A stretch of DNA of 32,366 nucleotides from a virus (taxonomy: Duplodnaviria > Caudoviricetes). The notes beneath the pieces were generated by a model, which worked only from the letters and a program-made list of their open reading frames with translations, searched no databases and was not told where the DNA came from. This document shows positions 7,958 through 16,869 of the stretch, one piece after another. Where the stretch lies: IMG/VR virus record IMGVR_UViG_3300030333_004239, positions 1-32,366 of that record; one strand, given 5' to 3'. The first letter of the stretch is position 1. Every line of letters starts with the position of its first letter. Both the position numbers and the translations under genes were made by a program.

Positions 7958-9497
7958 TATTGACAACTTTAATGATGATAAAACTTGGGATCTAATCTGT
8001 GAAGGATATACCAAAGGAGTCTTCCAGTTAGAATCTCAGCTCGGTAGATCTTGGGCAAAAAGAGTACGCCCAAGAAATATTGAAGAGCTAGCTGCATTAA
8101 TTTCGCTTATTCGTCCCGGCTGTTTGAAAGCTTTTACCGAAGGCAAATCTATGACGCAGCACTATGTTGATCGTAAAGCGGGCATTGATGAGGTAAAGTA
8201 TCTGCATGATAGCCTTGAGCCAATTCTGAAAGAGACATTTGGGGTTCTTGTATACCAAGAGCAATCTATGAAGATAGCTCAACAGCTTGCTGACTTTGAT
8301 CTCAAAGAAGCCGACAATTTACGAAAGGCTATTGGCAAGAAAAAAGCTGGGCTTATGGCTGAAATCAAGGGCTCCTTTGTGCAGGGGGCTATTAACAAAG
8401 GTATTGATGAAGAGACATCAGAAGAAATATTTGGATGGATTGAGAAGTCGAACAGATACGCATTTAATAAGTCACACGCTGTTTCATATGCCGTCAACGC
8501 ATACAGAAGCGCCTACTGCAAAGTTCATCGACGGGTTAGGTTTTTTGAATCTTATCTTAATCACGCCCAGAGAAAGCCAGATCCTCAACAGGAGATCAAG
8601 GAACTAGTATCTGATGCTAAGCTATACGACATAGAGGTATTACCTCCTAGAGTTGGCCATTTCTACACAGACTTTACTGCTAATGGGGACAAGATATATT
8701 TTGGTATCACAAACGTAAAGGGTGTTGGTACTGCTGAGTCTAGGAAGATGCTTGATTTAATCCCTCAAATAGAGAAGAGGCTCGGCAAAGACTTCTCAGA
8801 TTTTACTTGGCTAGATACGCTTTTAACGCTAGGCTTCAAAGTAAACAAGACATGCATGGAATCCCTAATAAGTGTTGGCGCTTTTAATGGTAAAAAGAAC
8901 CGTATGCATAGAAATGAGATGATGTATGAATATAAAAGCTATAGGAGTCTTTCACAGAGGGAGCGAGAGTGGCTAAGCGAAAACTATAACTCAGATGATA
9001 CGCTAATTTATGCTATAGATAATATGATAAACAACCTTAAGATAAACTCCAATAGGCTTATTAAGGTGTTTGATATTAGAAATATGATTGATTCACCTCC
9101 ATACGACCTTACAGATCATGAGACTTGGATAGCTGACACAGAAAAGAAATACATGGGAACTTCCCTTACATTTTCAAAGACTGACGGCATACAAAGCTCT
9201 CTGGTAAATTGCACCTGCAAAGAGATTATCAATGGCAGAACTGGCAAAGTTAATGTTGCTGTTCATATTAATTCTTTACGGGAGTATGTTACTAAAAATG
9301 GTAAAAATCCCGGTCAAACAATGGCTTTTCTAAGCGTAGAAGACTCTAGCGCGACTCTAGACTCAGCGGTTATGTTTCCCGATGCATACGATGAGTTCAA
9401 AGGTATCATGTATGAGGGCAACACAGTACTATTGTTTGGGCAAGTTTCTAAGAAAAAAGATACAAGTTTGATAATTAACAAAGTGTCTGAAGTCTAG
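7938..9497 (+). CDS. dnaE: DNA polymerase III alpha subunit, C-terminal part (fingers, HhH, OB fold)
   Basis: DDKTWDLI...GVFQLES, LAALISLIRPG, ETFGVLVYQEQ, ADNLRKAIGKKK, YAFNKSHAVSYA, ITNVKGVG, MAFLSVEDS OB fold. ATG 7938 preferred over TTG 7920; overlaps the exonuclease by 20 nt. Confidence 0.95.
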   Translation: MANSTFNIDNFNDDKTWDLICEGYTKGVFQLESQLGRSWAKRVRPRNIEELAALISLIRPGCLKAFTEGKSMTQHYVDRKAGIDEVKYLHDSLEPILKETFGVLVYQEQSMKIAQQLADFDLKEADNLRKAIGKKKAGLMAEIKGSFVQGAINKGIDEETSEEIFGWIEKSNRYAFNKSHAVSYAVNAYRSAYCKVHRRVRFFESYLNHAQRKPDPQQEIKELVSDAKLYDIEVLPPRVGHFYTDFTANGDKIYFGITNVKGVGTAESRKMLDLIPQIEKRLGKDFSDFTWLDTLLTLGFKVNKTCMESLISVGAFNGKKNRMHRNEMMYEYKSYRSLSQREREWLSENYNSDDTLIYAIDNMINNLKINSNRLIKVFDIRNMIDSPPYDLTDHETWIADTEKKYMGTSLTFSKTDGIQSSLVNCTCKEIINGRTGKVNVAVHINSLREYVTKNGKNPGQTMAFLSVEDSSATLDSAVMFPDAYDEFKGIMYEGNTVLLFGQVSKKKDTSLIINKVSEV

Positions 9498-9502
9498 CAT
9501 AA

Positions 9503-9511
9503 TGCTATAAT
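9503..9511 (+). promoter_or_regulatory. Extended -10 sigma70-type promoter candidate (TGcTATAAT) upstream of ssb
   Basis: Exact TGnTATAAT in the only sizeable intergenic gap of the + strand run (9498-9543); AGGAG ribosome-binding site at 9534-9538; no clear -35. Confidence 0.6.
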
Positions 9512-9543
9512 CTCTTATAGTATGAAATTTGATAGGAGATTAA

Positions 9544-9873
9544 ATGAATAATTGTACTTTAATAGGAAGGTTCGTAGCCGATCCAGTTATAAGAGATGTT
9601 GGTAAAACAAAGCTTGTTACCTTTTCTTTGGCCATCGAAGAGTACAGAAAAGACAAAGACGGAAACAAAAAGAAGAGAGTTGACTTTTTTGACTTTGAGG
9701 CTTGGGATAGCGGAGCAGAAACAATAAACGAGTTCTGTGGTAAGGGTGATATTGTAGCTGTAAACTGTTCTGCTCGCCAGCAGAAGTGGACTAACTCAAA
9801 TGATGAACATAGACAGAAGGTAGTTTTCCGTGTCCAAAATTTTAGAATATTCTCAGGCAGAGAAAATGTCTAG
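9544..9873 (+). CDS. ssb: Single-stranded DNA-binding protein, OB fold only
   Basis: MNNCTLIGRFVADP, FSLAI, DFFDFEAW...AE, KGDIVAV. No acidic C-terminal tail. Confidence 0.9.
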   Translation: MNNCTLIGRFVADPVIRDVGKTKLVTFSLAIEEYRKDKDGNKKKRVDFFDFEAWDSGAETINEFCGKGDIVAVNCSARQQKWTNSNDEHRQKVVFRVQNFRIFSGRENV

Positions 9874-10345
9874 TATAGAAGCTCAGATAGATGACAACAT
9901 AGATATTATTATATATCTCATCACCGAGTTCAATAACACTACAGATACATATGACTTTGAAGACCTGCTTCAGGTAGGTTTTCTAGGCATGTTAAAAGCC
10001 ATAAACAAATTCGACGAGAACAAGGGAGAGTTGAGAGACTATATCTTCTGCTCCGTTAGAAACTCTCTCATAAAGTTCTTGAAGAAAGAACTGCAGTGGA
10101 AAGAGAATGTAAAGCTAGAGCCGAATATTTCTCCTGACTGGAATGACAACTACGAAACCATTGAATTCGACAATATCTTAAAGGCTTATTCTGGCAAGCT
10201 TATTCCACTTGAAAGCAAAATATTAGAGCTTAGATTTAGAGGTATGACCAGAAGGCAGATATGCGAAGAAACTGCCTTAACAAAGAATGAATACTACACT
10301 TTTCTCTATTCAGCAATAGGAAAGATAAAAAGGTATGAGACGTAA
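9866..10345 (+). CDS. Small sigma70-family RNA polymerase sigma factor (regions 2 and 4)
   Basis: FEDLLQVGFLGMLKAINKFDENKG (region 2); LESKILELRFRGMTRRQICEE (region 4-like HTH). ATG 9866 preferred over GTG 9830. Confidence 0.85.
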   Translation: MSSIEAQIDDNIDIIIYLITEFNNTTDTYDFEDLLQVGFLGMLKAINKFDENKGELRDYIFCSVRNSLIKFLKKELQWKENVKLEPNISPDWNDNYETIEFDNILKAYSGKLIPLESKILELRFRGMTRRQICEETALTKNEYYTFLYSAIGKIKRYET

Positions 10346-11984
10346 AAAAATTCTTTTCTGTTCAGAGGGGCATTTCCTGCCCACTGGCTATTCTGTATAT
10401 ACTAATCAGATTTTATCTAGACTAGCCGCTGACCCTAGATTTGAAGTCGCAGAGCTTGCCTGTTACACAGACACTGAAGCGGCGGCAAAGCATCAAAAGG
10501 ACTGGTTGATATTTCCTAATCAGCCACCCAAAAACGCCGAGGACTGGGAATTCTACAAAAGCAATCCATCTTACGAGTTTGGAGACTATACTTTTAACCA
10601 TGTATTGCTTGAGTTCATGCCAGATTTTGTCATGGATATTAGAGACTGGTGGATGTTTGAATTTCAACAGAGGTCTCCGTTTAGAGACTTATTTAATTGG
10701 TGCATAATGCCAACCGTAGACGCAAGCCCACAAAATGTACAGTGGATGGATACCTTCTCTACAGCGGACGCTGTGTTTGCGTACTCTGAATTTGGTAGAG
10801 ATGTTATGATGAAGCAGTCCAAATCTTTGAATTTCGTAGACCTAGCGCCTCCTTGCGCAAGCCAAGAGTTTTTTCCGGTGAGCAACAAGGAGCTACATAG
10901 AGACCGTCTAGGCATAGATCCTTCCTGCTTTATATTTGGGACAGTAATGAGAAACCAAAGGCGTAAGCTTTATCCAGACCTGTTCAAAACATTTAGGCAA
11001 TTTTTAGATGTTACCAAAGCGAACAATGCATATCTCTACTGCCATACATCTTATCCCGACATTGGCTGGCAAATACCCGAATTGCTACAAGAATACGGCT
11101 TGACTAACAGAGTCCTGTTTACCTATAAATGCAAAAACTGTGGCGATCTAAGGGCATCTTTTTTTGATGATGTTATTTCTCACTGTTATAACTGTGGCAC
11201 TTTCAAAAGGGAGCTAGTTGGTATAAACAATCAGCTTGATCGTCAAGAACTAGCACAGATTTACAATCTATTTGATGTATACGTTCAGTATGCTAATTCC
11301 GAGGGCTTTGGCATGCCTCAGCTGGAAGCAGCACAGTGTGGTCTTCCAGTAGTGACAGTGGATTATTCTGCCATGCAGTCTGTAGCAAACAATATAGGCG
11401 CTATAAAGATACCGCCATTGTCCATGTATACTGAATGTGAAACTGGATGCGAAAGAGCAATACCTAATAATGATAGTTTATTGGTAAATATGTGCGAGCT
11501 TTATAGTAAGCCTATAGAAAAACTAAGACAAATGGGATTTGCTACAAGACAAAAGACAAGAGAGAATTATAATTGGGACAAGACTGCAAAAGTCTGGGCT
11601 GACTATTTTGACAAAACGCCAGTTAGGGATCATCGTGAAACTTGGTTATCTGAACCCAAAATTTTAGAACCGCTTGCTACATCAGTCCCAGATGGGTTAA
11701 CGATCAAAGAACAGGTTGATTTTATATTCAAAAATATTTATAGAAGACCAGAACTTATTGGCAGCTATCTGTGGCGTAGAACAATAAAAGACATCACTTA
11801 TAAGTGCACTGCCAACAATACTAATGTTGACTTCTATTTCAATGAATCACACGTAAATAACAATGTTCGTAATTGGCGACCGTTCAACGTAGAAGATGCT
11901 TGTGAGCTAATGCTTGGCATGAGAAAAATTATAAATGACTGGGAAAAGGCCAGAGGAGATAAGTTAAGGAGCATGTCAACATGA
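10335..11984 (+). CDS. GT4 (GT-B) glycosyltransferase with inserted CxxC...CxxC zinc ribbon
   Basis: PTGYS; VMRNQRRKLYPDL; EGFGMPQLEA (EX7E); CKNC...CYNC insertion. Confidence 0.9.
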   Translation: MRRKKILFCSEGHFLPTGYSVYTNQILSRLAADPRFEVAELACYTDTEAAAKHQKDWLIFPNQPPKNAEDWEFYKSNPSYEFGDYTFNHVLLEFMPDFVMDIRDWWMFEFQQRSPFRDLFNWCIMPTVDASPQNVQWMDTFSTADAVFAYSEFGRDVMMKQSKSLNFVDLAPPCASQEFFPVSNKELHRDRLGIDPSCFIFGTVMRNQRRKLYPDLFKTFRQFLDVTKANNAYLYCHTSYPDIGWQIPELLQEYGLTNRVLFTYKCKNCGDLRASFFDDVISHCYNCGTFKRELVGINNQLDRQELAQIYNLFDVYVQYANSEGFGMPQLEAAQCGLPVVTVDYSAMQSVANNIGAIKIPPLSMYTECETGCERAIPNNDSLLVNMCELYSKPIEKLRQMGFATRQKTRENYNWDKTAKVWADYFDKTPVRDHRETWLSEPKILEPLATSVPDGLTIKEQVDFIFKNIYRRPELIGSYLWRRTIKDITYKCTANNTNVDFYFNESHVNNNVRNWRPFNVEDACELMLGMRKIINDWEKARGDKLRSMST

Positions 11985-13087
11985 AAATACTTTACATAGG
12001 AAACTATAATGACGGCACAGGCTGGGGTAACGCAGCGCTCAATAATATCTTAGCATTAGATTCTGCAGGAGTAAATGTTGTCCCTAGAGCAATAACCTTT
12101 AACAATTCTAACAACACCACAAACCAAAGAATTAAACAGCTTGAAGCGCAGAGCGAGCGCGGCTGTGATGTATGCATTCAGCATACGCTTCCAAATCTAT
12201 ATCACTGTAACACCTCTATAAAAAACATAGGTATATTCTACACAGAGACAAGCACTTTTTCCGAGAGTATGTGGCCTAAATATATTAACTTGATGGATGA
12301 AGCTTGGGTGGCTAATTCCCAAATGGTAAGAGCCTCGATTGCTAGCGGAGTAAAAATCCCGACTAAGGTATGTCCTCTGCCGATACATCTGGAGGATTAT
12401 GAAAATGTAGAAGACTGCGCCTCTATCGGGGAGTTTGATGGATGCTTCAACTTTTGTTTTGTCGGTGAATTTGTTAAAAGAAAAAATATAGAAGCTCTTC
12501 TGAGGGCTTATCACACAGAGTTTCACCCATCTGAACCAGTGAATCTATTTCTTAAACTCTCCATGCCGGGAGTTGACTCCAACAGCACTCTAGAGCAATT
12601 TGACAACTTTGCCTCAACAGTGAAGGCGGGCTTAAAAATCAGAAAGAAGTACAGAAAAGAAGTCGCTATCACGGGGATGCTTGAGAAAAAACATCTGATT
12701 TCTCTCATGAGCAAATGCGACTGCTTCGTAATGCCTAGCTTTGGCGAGGCTTGGTGTATACCAGCTTTAGAAGCTATGGCTTTGGGACTACCTGTAATTC
12801 ACACGCAAGGCACGGGCATGGATGACTTTTGTGTTGGTTGGCCCGTACAGTCAAAATCAACTAGATGTTACCTTGCTAATGACTCACTACAAGACGTTTA
12901 TACTTCCCTTACATCTTGGAAAGAAGTCGATGTTGAATCATTGGCCTCGACTATGAGGATTGCATACGAGACATATAAAAACGACAAGCAAGAGTGGCAA
13001 AAGATGAAGGCTTTAGCTAAAGAGACATCCCAAAACTACACGATAAGAAAGATAGGACAAGCAATGAAGGAGCTTTTAAATGGCTAG
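11981..13087 (+). CDS. GT4 glycosyltransferase
   Basis: TGWGNAA; FVGEFVKRKNIEALL; DCFVMPSFGEAWCIPALEAMALGLPVI. Confidence 0.92.
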   Translation: MKILYIGNYNDGTGWGNAALNNILALDSAGVNVVPRAITFNNSNNTTNQRIKQLEAQSERGCDVCIQHTLPNLYHCNTSIKNIGIFYTETSTFSESMWPKYINLMDEAWVANSQMVRASIASGVKIPTKVCPLPIHLEDYENVEDCASIGEFDGCFNFCFVGEFVKRKNIEALLRAYHTEFHPSEPVNLFLKLSMPGVDSNSTLEQFDNFASTVKAGLKIRKKYRKEVAITGMLEKKHLISLMSKCDCFVMPSFGEAWCIPALEAMALGLPVIHTQGTGMDDFCVGWPVQSKSTRCYLANDSLQDVYTSLTSWKEVDVESLASTMRIAYETYKNDKQEWQKMKALAKETSQNYTIRKIGQAMKELLNG

Positions 13088-14102
13088 CAGAGCTTCACAA
13101 CAGTCAATTAGATCCATAATTAGAAGATCAACATTGTCGCCTAGTGATAAACTTAATATACTCACCTTTTGTACCCACGAAAGATACGAACAGAACTTGT
13201 GTCGTACTGGGCATAACTTTTATTCCATAAATCACGGCAAGACTTGGAACAAAGATTTTGGTAAAATACCGGAAAACTACCAAGAGGGCGATGTTGCGCC
13301 TTGGCATGTAAACTTTGATTTAATATTATGTCATACTAGCTGTGAAAGAGTTTCATTGGCAAAGCAGTTACAGGCTTTATTTAATATTCCGATACTAAGA
13401 CACACGCATGTCCTTCCTGATATCAGGTATGATGTCCCTCAGCAGGTTGATGGATTTAACTCAATACCAGTGGAGCATAACAGCTTTATCTCTACATATA
13501 ATATGAAACAGTGGGGCAACCACAAGAACCAGAATACATCCGTTATAGAGCATGGTATAGATGTTGATTTCTGGGATAGCGGCGATAACCCAGAAAGAGA
13601 AAATGTCTTACTATCTGTAGTCAATCAGTGGCCAGATAGAGACTGGTGTTGTGGCTGGAATCTATGGCGAGAAACTGTCAACTTTTCTTCTCCGTCTCAA
13701 ATGCCTATAAGGGTTCTCGGAGATAGTCCGGGACTTTCTAAACCGGCAGAAAGCATTGAAGCGTTAAGACATGCGTACAAAAGCTCGTCTATATTCCTGA
13801 ACACATCAATACACTCTCCAGTGCCGACAGTCCTTATGGAGGCAATGGCCTCTGGATGCGCAGTAGTCAGCACAAACAACTGTATGATCCCAGAAATAAT
13901 CCAGCATGGCGAGAACGGTTTGCTTGCGGACACCGCAGATGAACTACGCGCATCTTGCCAGTATCTCCTAGACAACCCATCTAAAGCTAGAGAGTTAGGT
14001 GAGGCGGCAAAGAGGACAATGCAGGAAAAGTTTAATCTACAAAGATTTGTTGATAACTGGAATACTCTATTTTTTAATGTTATAGATAATTATAGGAAAT
14101 AA
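13080..14102 (+). CDS. GT4-like glycosyltransferase
   Basis: IEHGIDVDFW; FLNTSIHSPVPTVLMEAMASGCAVVST; IIQHGENGLL. Confidence 0.9.
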   Translation: MASRASQQSIRSIIRRSTLSPSDKLNILTFCTHERYEQNLCRTGHNFYSINHGKTWNKDFGKIPENYQEGDVAPWHVNFDLILCHTSCERVSLAKQLQALFNIPILRHTHVLPDIRYDVPQQVDGFNSIPVEHNSFISTYNMKQWGNHKNQNTSVIEHGIDVDFWDSGDNPERENVLLSVVNQWPDRDWCCGWNLWRETVNFSSPSQMPIRVLGDSPGLSKPAESIEALRHAYKSSSIFLNTSIHSPVPTVLMEAMASGCAVVSTNNCMIPEIIQHGENGLLADTADELRASCQYLLDNPSKARELGEAAKRTMQEKFNLQRFVDNWNTLFFNVIDNYRK

Positions 14103-14103
14103 A

Positions 14104-14541
14104 ATGAAGGTAATAATATCACACAAAAATCCGCAACAGGATAGTCATACATGGATACAAGATATATCAAGCCTAGATATTCTCGTAGATGACGCAGAAG
14201 CTACGGAAATAATAGTAGACTGCACGCTGTGTACGTTTGACTATAATAACATTGGGCCAATCTTGGGTAAAATAGTTTCTAAACTAAGACTTCAAGGAAA
14301 AGTTGTTGTATACGAAAAAGATATTGATATGATTTGTCACAACTACAACAAGTCTGGGATGAACATACAAGATCTGAACAACCTCGTCTTTGAAGAAACA
14401 CCGGCGGTAGCATGTCTGCTGAATACAGAAGTAATTTCTGACTTGCTAAAGCAGGCGGGTCTTACAATAGAAGAGAAATTCATAAACAATGACACTATGC
14501 AATCAATAGTAATTGCAAGGAGAGATAAAAATGCAGCCTGA
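14104..14541 (+). CDS. Hypothetical protein, degenerate class I methyltransferase-like fold
   Basis: DDAEATEIIV...IVSKLRLQGKVVVYEKD resembles the C-terminal 'RVLKPGG' half of Methyltransf_11; no glycine-rich SAM motif I. Confidence 0.45.
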   Translation: MKVIISHKNPQQDSHTWIQDISSLDILVDDAEATEIIVDCTLCTFDYNNIGPILGKIVSKLRLQGKVVVYEKDIDMICHNYNKSGMNIQDLNNLVFEETPAVACLLNTEVISDLLKQAGLTIEEKFINNDTMQSIVIARRDKNAA

Positions 14542-15355
14542 GTATCAAGTTGAAACATGGTGTAAGAATTGCCTATTTGCAGAATACACAGACAATACGC
14601 AAACGGGATGCAAATTAGGTAGACATAAGATTTTTAATCCCGAAGAAAATACAAAAGAAGAAGACGGAGTACATGCTTATGTCTTTGATAGGTTCTGTAC
14701 GGCTTTTCGTCCAGAAGAGTGGAAGTTGGTTTTGGACGACGAAGAAAAGAAGGACTTAGTAGCGACCGTAAAGTCTGAAATATTTCCGCCTTTAGGAATT
14801 TTCATGTTTCTAAAAACTACAGTCCCTAACCCCTTAGCAAATCTTAAAAACAGAATACAAGAGATAAAAGATCAGACGGCTGGCAGGCTAAGGTACATTG
14901 TTGTTATAAATGATAAGGTCGAATATAATGAACAGGTACATAGTATACTTCATGACTCATTTGATTTCGAGGTAACTGAGTTCCACATAGTACAAACTCT
15001 AACGCAGCAGAGAAATTTGCTGTTTATAGACGACGCATTTAAACATGCAAAGAATGGGTGGATATATGTAACCGAATCAAACCGGAAGATTAGAAAAGAT
15101 CTCTTCGAGGCTATTGATAATAACATAAATGTTAAGCTTAATAGAGTCGTTCTTGTTGAACCATCAGACGGTATTCAGGGAATGATTTTTCAAGCCGCTG
15201 TACATAAATTTCTTGACGGCAGCAATAGTCCAATAGATCCTGAAACAGGAGAAAAGGTAAGGATAGACTTCATTCAAAAGGTCAAAGCTCTTGCCGAAAA
15301 AGGTGAAGAAAAGACAGTGTTTACGCAGGAGGAGTTTTTCAATGACGCTTCCTAG
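14531..15355 (+). CDS. Hypothetical protein: N-terminal Cys cluster plus possibly degenerate GT-A domain
   Basis: CKNC...C...C at the N-terminus; YIVVIND and AFKHAKNGWIYVTES resemble GT2 strands without DXD. ATG 14531 preferred over TTG 14513. Confidence 0.5.
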   Translation: MQPEYQVETWCKNCLFAEYTDNTQTGCKLGRHKIFNPEENTKEEDGVHAYVFDRFCTAFRPEEWKLVLDDEEKKDLVATVKSEIFPPLGIFMFLKTTVPNPLANLKNRIQEIKDQTAGRLRYIVVINDKVEYNEQVHSILHDSFDFEVTEFHIVQTLTQQRNLLFIDDAFKHAKNGWIYVTESNRKIRKDLFEAIDNNINVKLNRVVLVEPSDGIQGMIFQAAVHKFLDGSNSPIDPETGEKVRIDFIQKVKALAEKGEEKTVFTQEEFFNDAS

Positions 15356-16181
15356 AGTGGCTGTTATAATTTCTAATTATAACTATGGTGATTTTGTTAT
15401 TGACGCTATAGATAGTGCCTTAAGTCAGGATTATGAAGGTGAGATTCGCGTTTATGTTCTAGATGACGGCTCATCTGATGGATCGTGGGATAAAATTTCC
15501 TCTTATGCTGCAGAAGATATTTCATCAATAACAGATAAGCACGAAGTAAACGAACCGTATTATAAAGGTTCTATGGAATCATTTAAATGTAGTGACTTAG
15601 GTTTATGGTGCTATCGCATCGAGAACTCAGGGGCGAGCACCGCTAGGAATGTAGCCATGTGGGAGGCTTGGAGCTGGGCAGATTACTTTGCGATTCTTGA
15701 TGCTGATGATATGTATCATCCCTCGAAAGTACGCAAGCATGTAGATGCCCTTCTCAAATATGAGGAAGTTGGCGTTAGTTACTCAGATTATATTGTACAT
15801 AAAACACACTACGGAAACGTTGACTACAAGAAATATGAATATAAGTATCCATATTCAATAAAAGAACTTCATCACCATTGTATTGTTCATAGCGCCGGAG
15901 TAATAAAGAAAAGACATTTAGAGAGAATAATACTAGACAACAAAGAATTTTATGATAGTGCATTACATGGCCCGGCATCAAAGGGCTTTATAGGATGCAC
16001 GGAAGATTATGATCTTTGGATTAGATTAGGAGATGTCTGCATGATTAACCACATAGCAGAGCCTTTATCTTTTGTTAGAGAGACAGGGCAAAACCAATCT
16101 ATGAAGATGGATCAAAATACTTTTATAAACAATATGCAGAAGATTAAGAGCAGGCATGAGCAGATTCATACAAAAAATTAA
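15342..16181 (+). CDS. GT2 glycosyltransferase
   Basis: VAVIISNYNY; VLDDGSSDGS; GASTARN; ILDADD; TEDYDLWIRL. AGGAGG upstream of ATG 15342. Confidence 0.92.
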   Translation: MTLPRVAVIISNYNYGDFVIDAIDSALSQDYEGEIRVYVLDDGSSDGSWDKISSYAAEDISSITDKHEVNEPYYKGSMESFKCSDLGLWCYRIENSGASTARNVAMWEAWSWADYFAILDADDMYHPSKVRKHVDALLKYEEVGVSYSDYIVHKTHYGNVDYKKYEYKYPYSIKELHHHCIVHSAGVIKKRHLERIILDNKEFYDSALHGPASKGFIGCTEDYDLWIRLGDVCMINHIAEPLSFVRETGQNQSMKMDQNTFINNMQKIKSRHEQIHTKN

Positions 16182-16869
16182 AAGAGGTTCCCTCACGACA
16201 GGAGTAGCTCTCTTATCTGCTGGACTTGGCAATCGGATTAGATCTAATGAACCACGTTCGCTAATAAAGATAGGAGGGAAGTGCCTCCTTGACCTACAAA
16301 TAGAAGCTCTGTCGTCAATGTTTTCAGAGCCAAACATTTTGGTTGGAATTGGTGTGGAATCTCAGAAGATAATAAAAAAGTTTACCGGGCGTGTTCGTCT
16401 TATTGAAAATCAGTTGTACAAAACTACAGGCCCGTTTGAAACTCTTAGGCTGCTCGTAAACTCCTCTACAGACGATAGCTTACTCATTATACATGGAGAT
16501 TTATATTTCAACTCTAACATACTTGATAGTGCAGACTTTTCTAAGTCTTTTATTGTGTCTGATACAACCGGCAGTATCTTAGAGAGAGAAGTTGGTATAA
16601 CATCCGTTAACAATAAAGCTAGTATACTATCCTATGGATTAAAAGATAAATGGGCTCAGATAGCCTTTTTGACAGGCAAAGAGTTAGCTATTCTCAGAAA
16701 CCTTTGCTGCAAATCAAATGATGACTCAAAGCACCTGCTGACTTTTGAGATAATAAACTCAATAATCAACAAAGGCGGCTCTTTTAAGGTGCATAAACCC
16801 GACAAAACATTTATAGTTGAAATAGATTGCATGAAGGACATAAAGAATGAAAATTTTAATATCAAGTGA
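16156..16869 (+). CDS. NTP transferase family protein (LicC/sugar-phosphate nucleotidyltransferase-like)
   Basis: LLSAGLGNRIRSNEPRSLIKIGG; IIHGDLYF; VEIDCMKD. Confidence 0.8.
   Translation: MSRFIQKIKRGSLTTGVALLSAGLGNRIRSNEPRSLIKIGGKCLLDLQIEALSSMFSEPNILVGIGVESQKIIKKFTGRVRLIENQLYKTTGPFETLRLLVNSSTDDSLLIIHGDLYFNSNILDSADFSKSFIVSDTTGSILEREVGITSVNNKASILSYGLKDKWAQIAFLTGKELAILRNLCCKSNDDSKHLLTFEIINSIINKGGSFKVHKPDKTFIVEIDCMKDIKNENFNIK

Noticed and set aside
7020-7990. Split intein or self-splicing intron interrupting dnaE
   Set aside because: No intein N-terminal (C/S-start block A) or C-terminal HN-C/S/T motif at either end. The insert is fully occupied by overlapping ORFs, leaving no room for a ribozyme core.
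5482-9497. dnaE pseudogene
   Set aside because: Both halves are long and uninterrupted, keep the catalytic motifs, break at a domain boundary and flank a functionally matching exonuclease.
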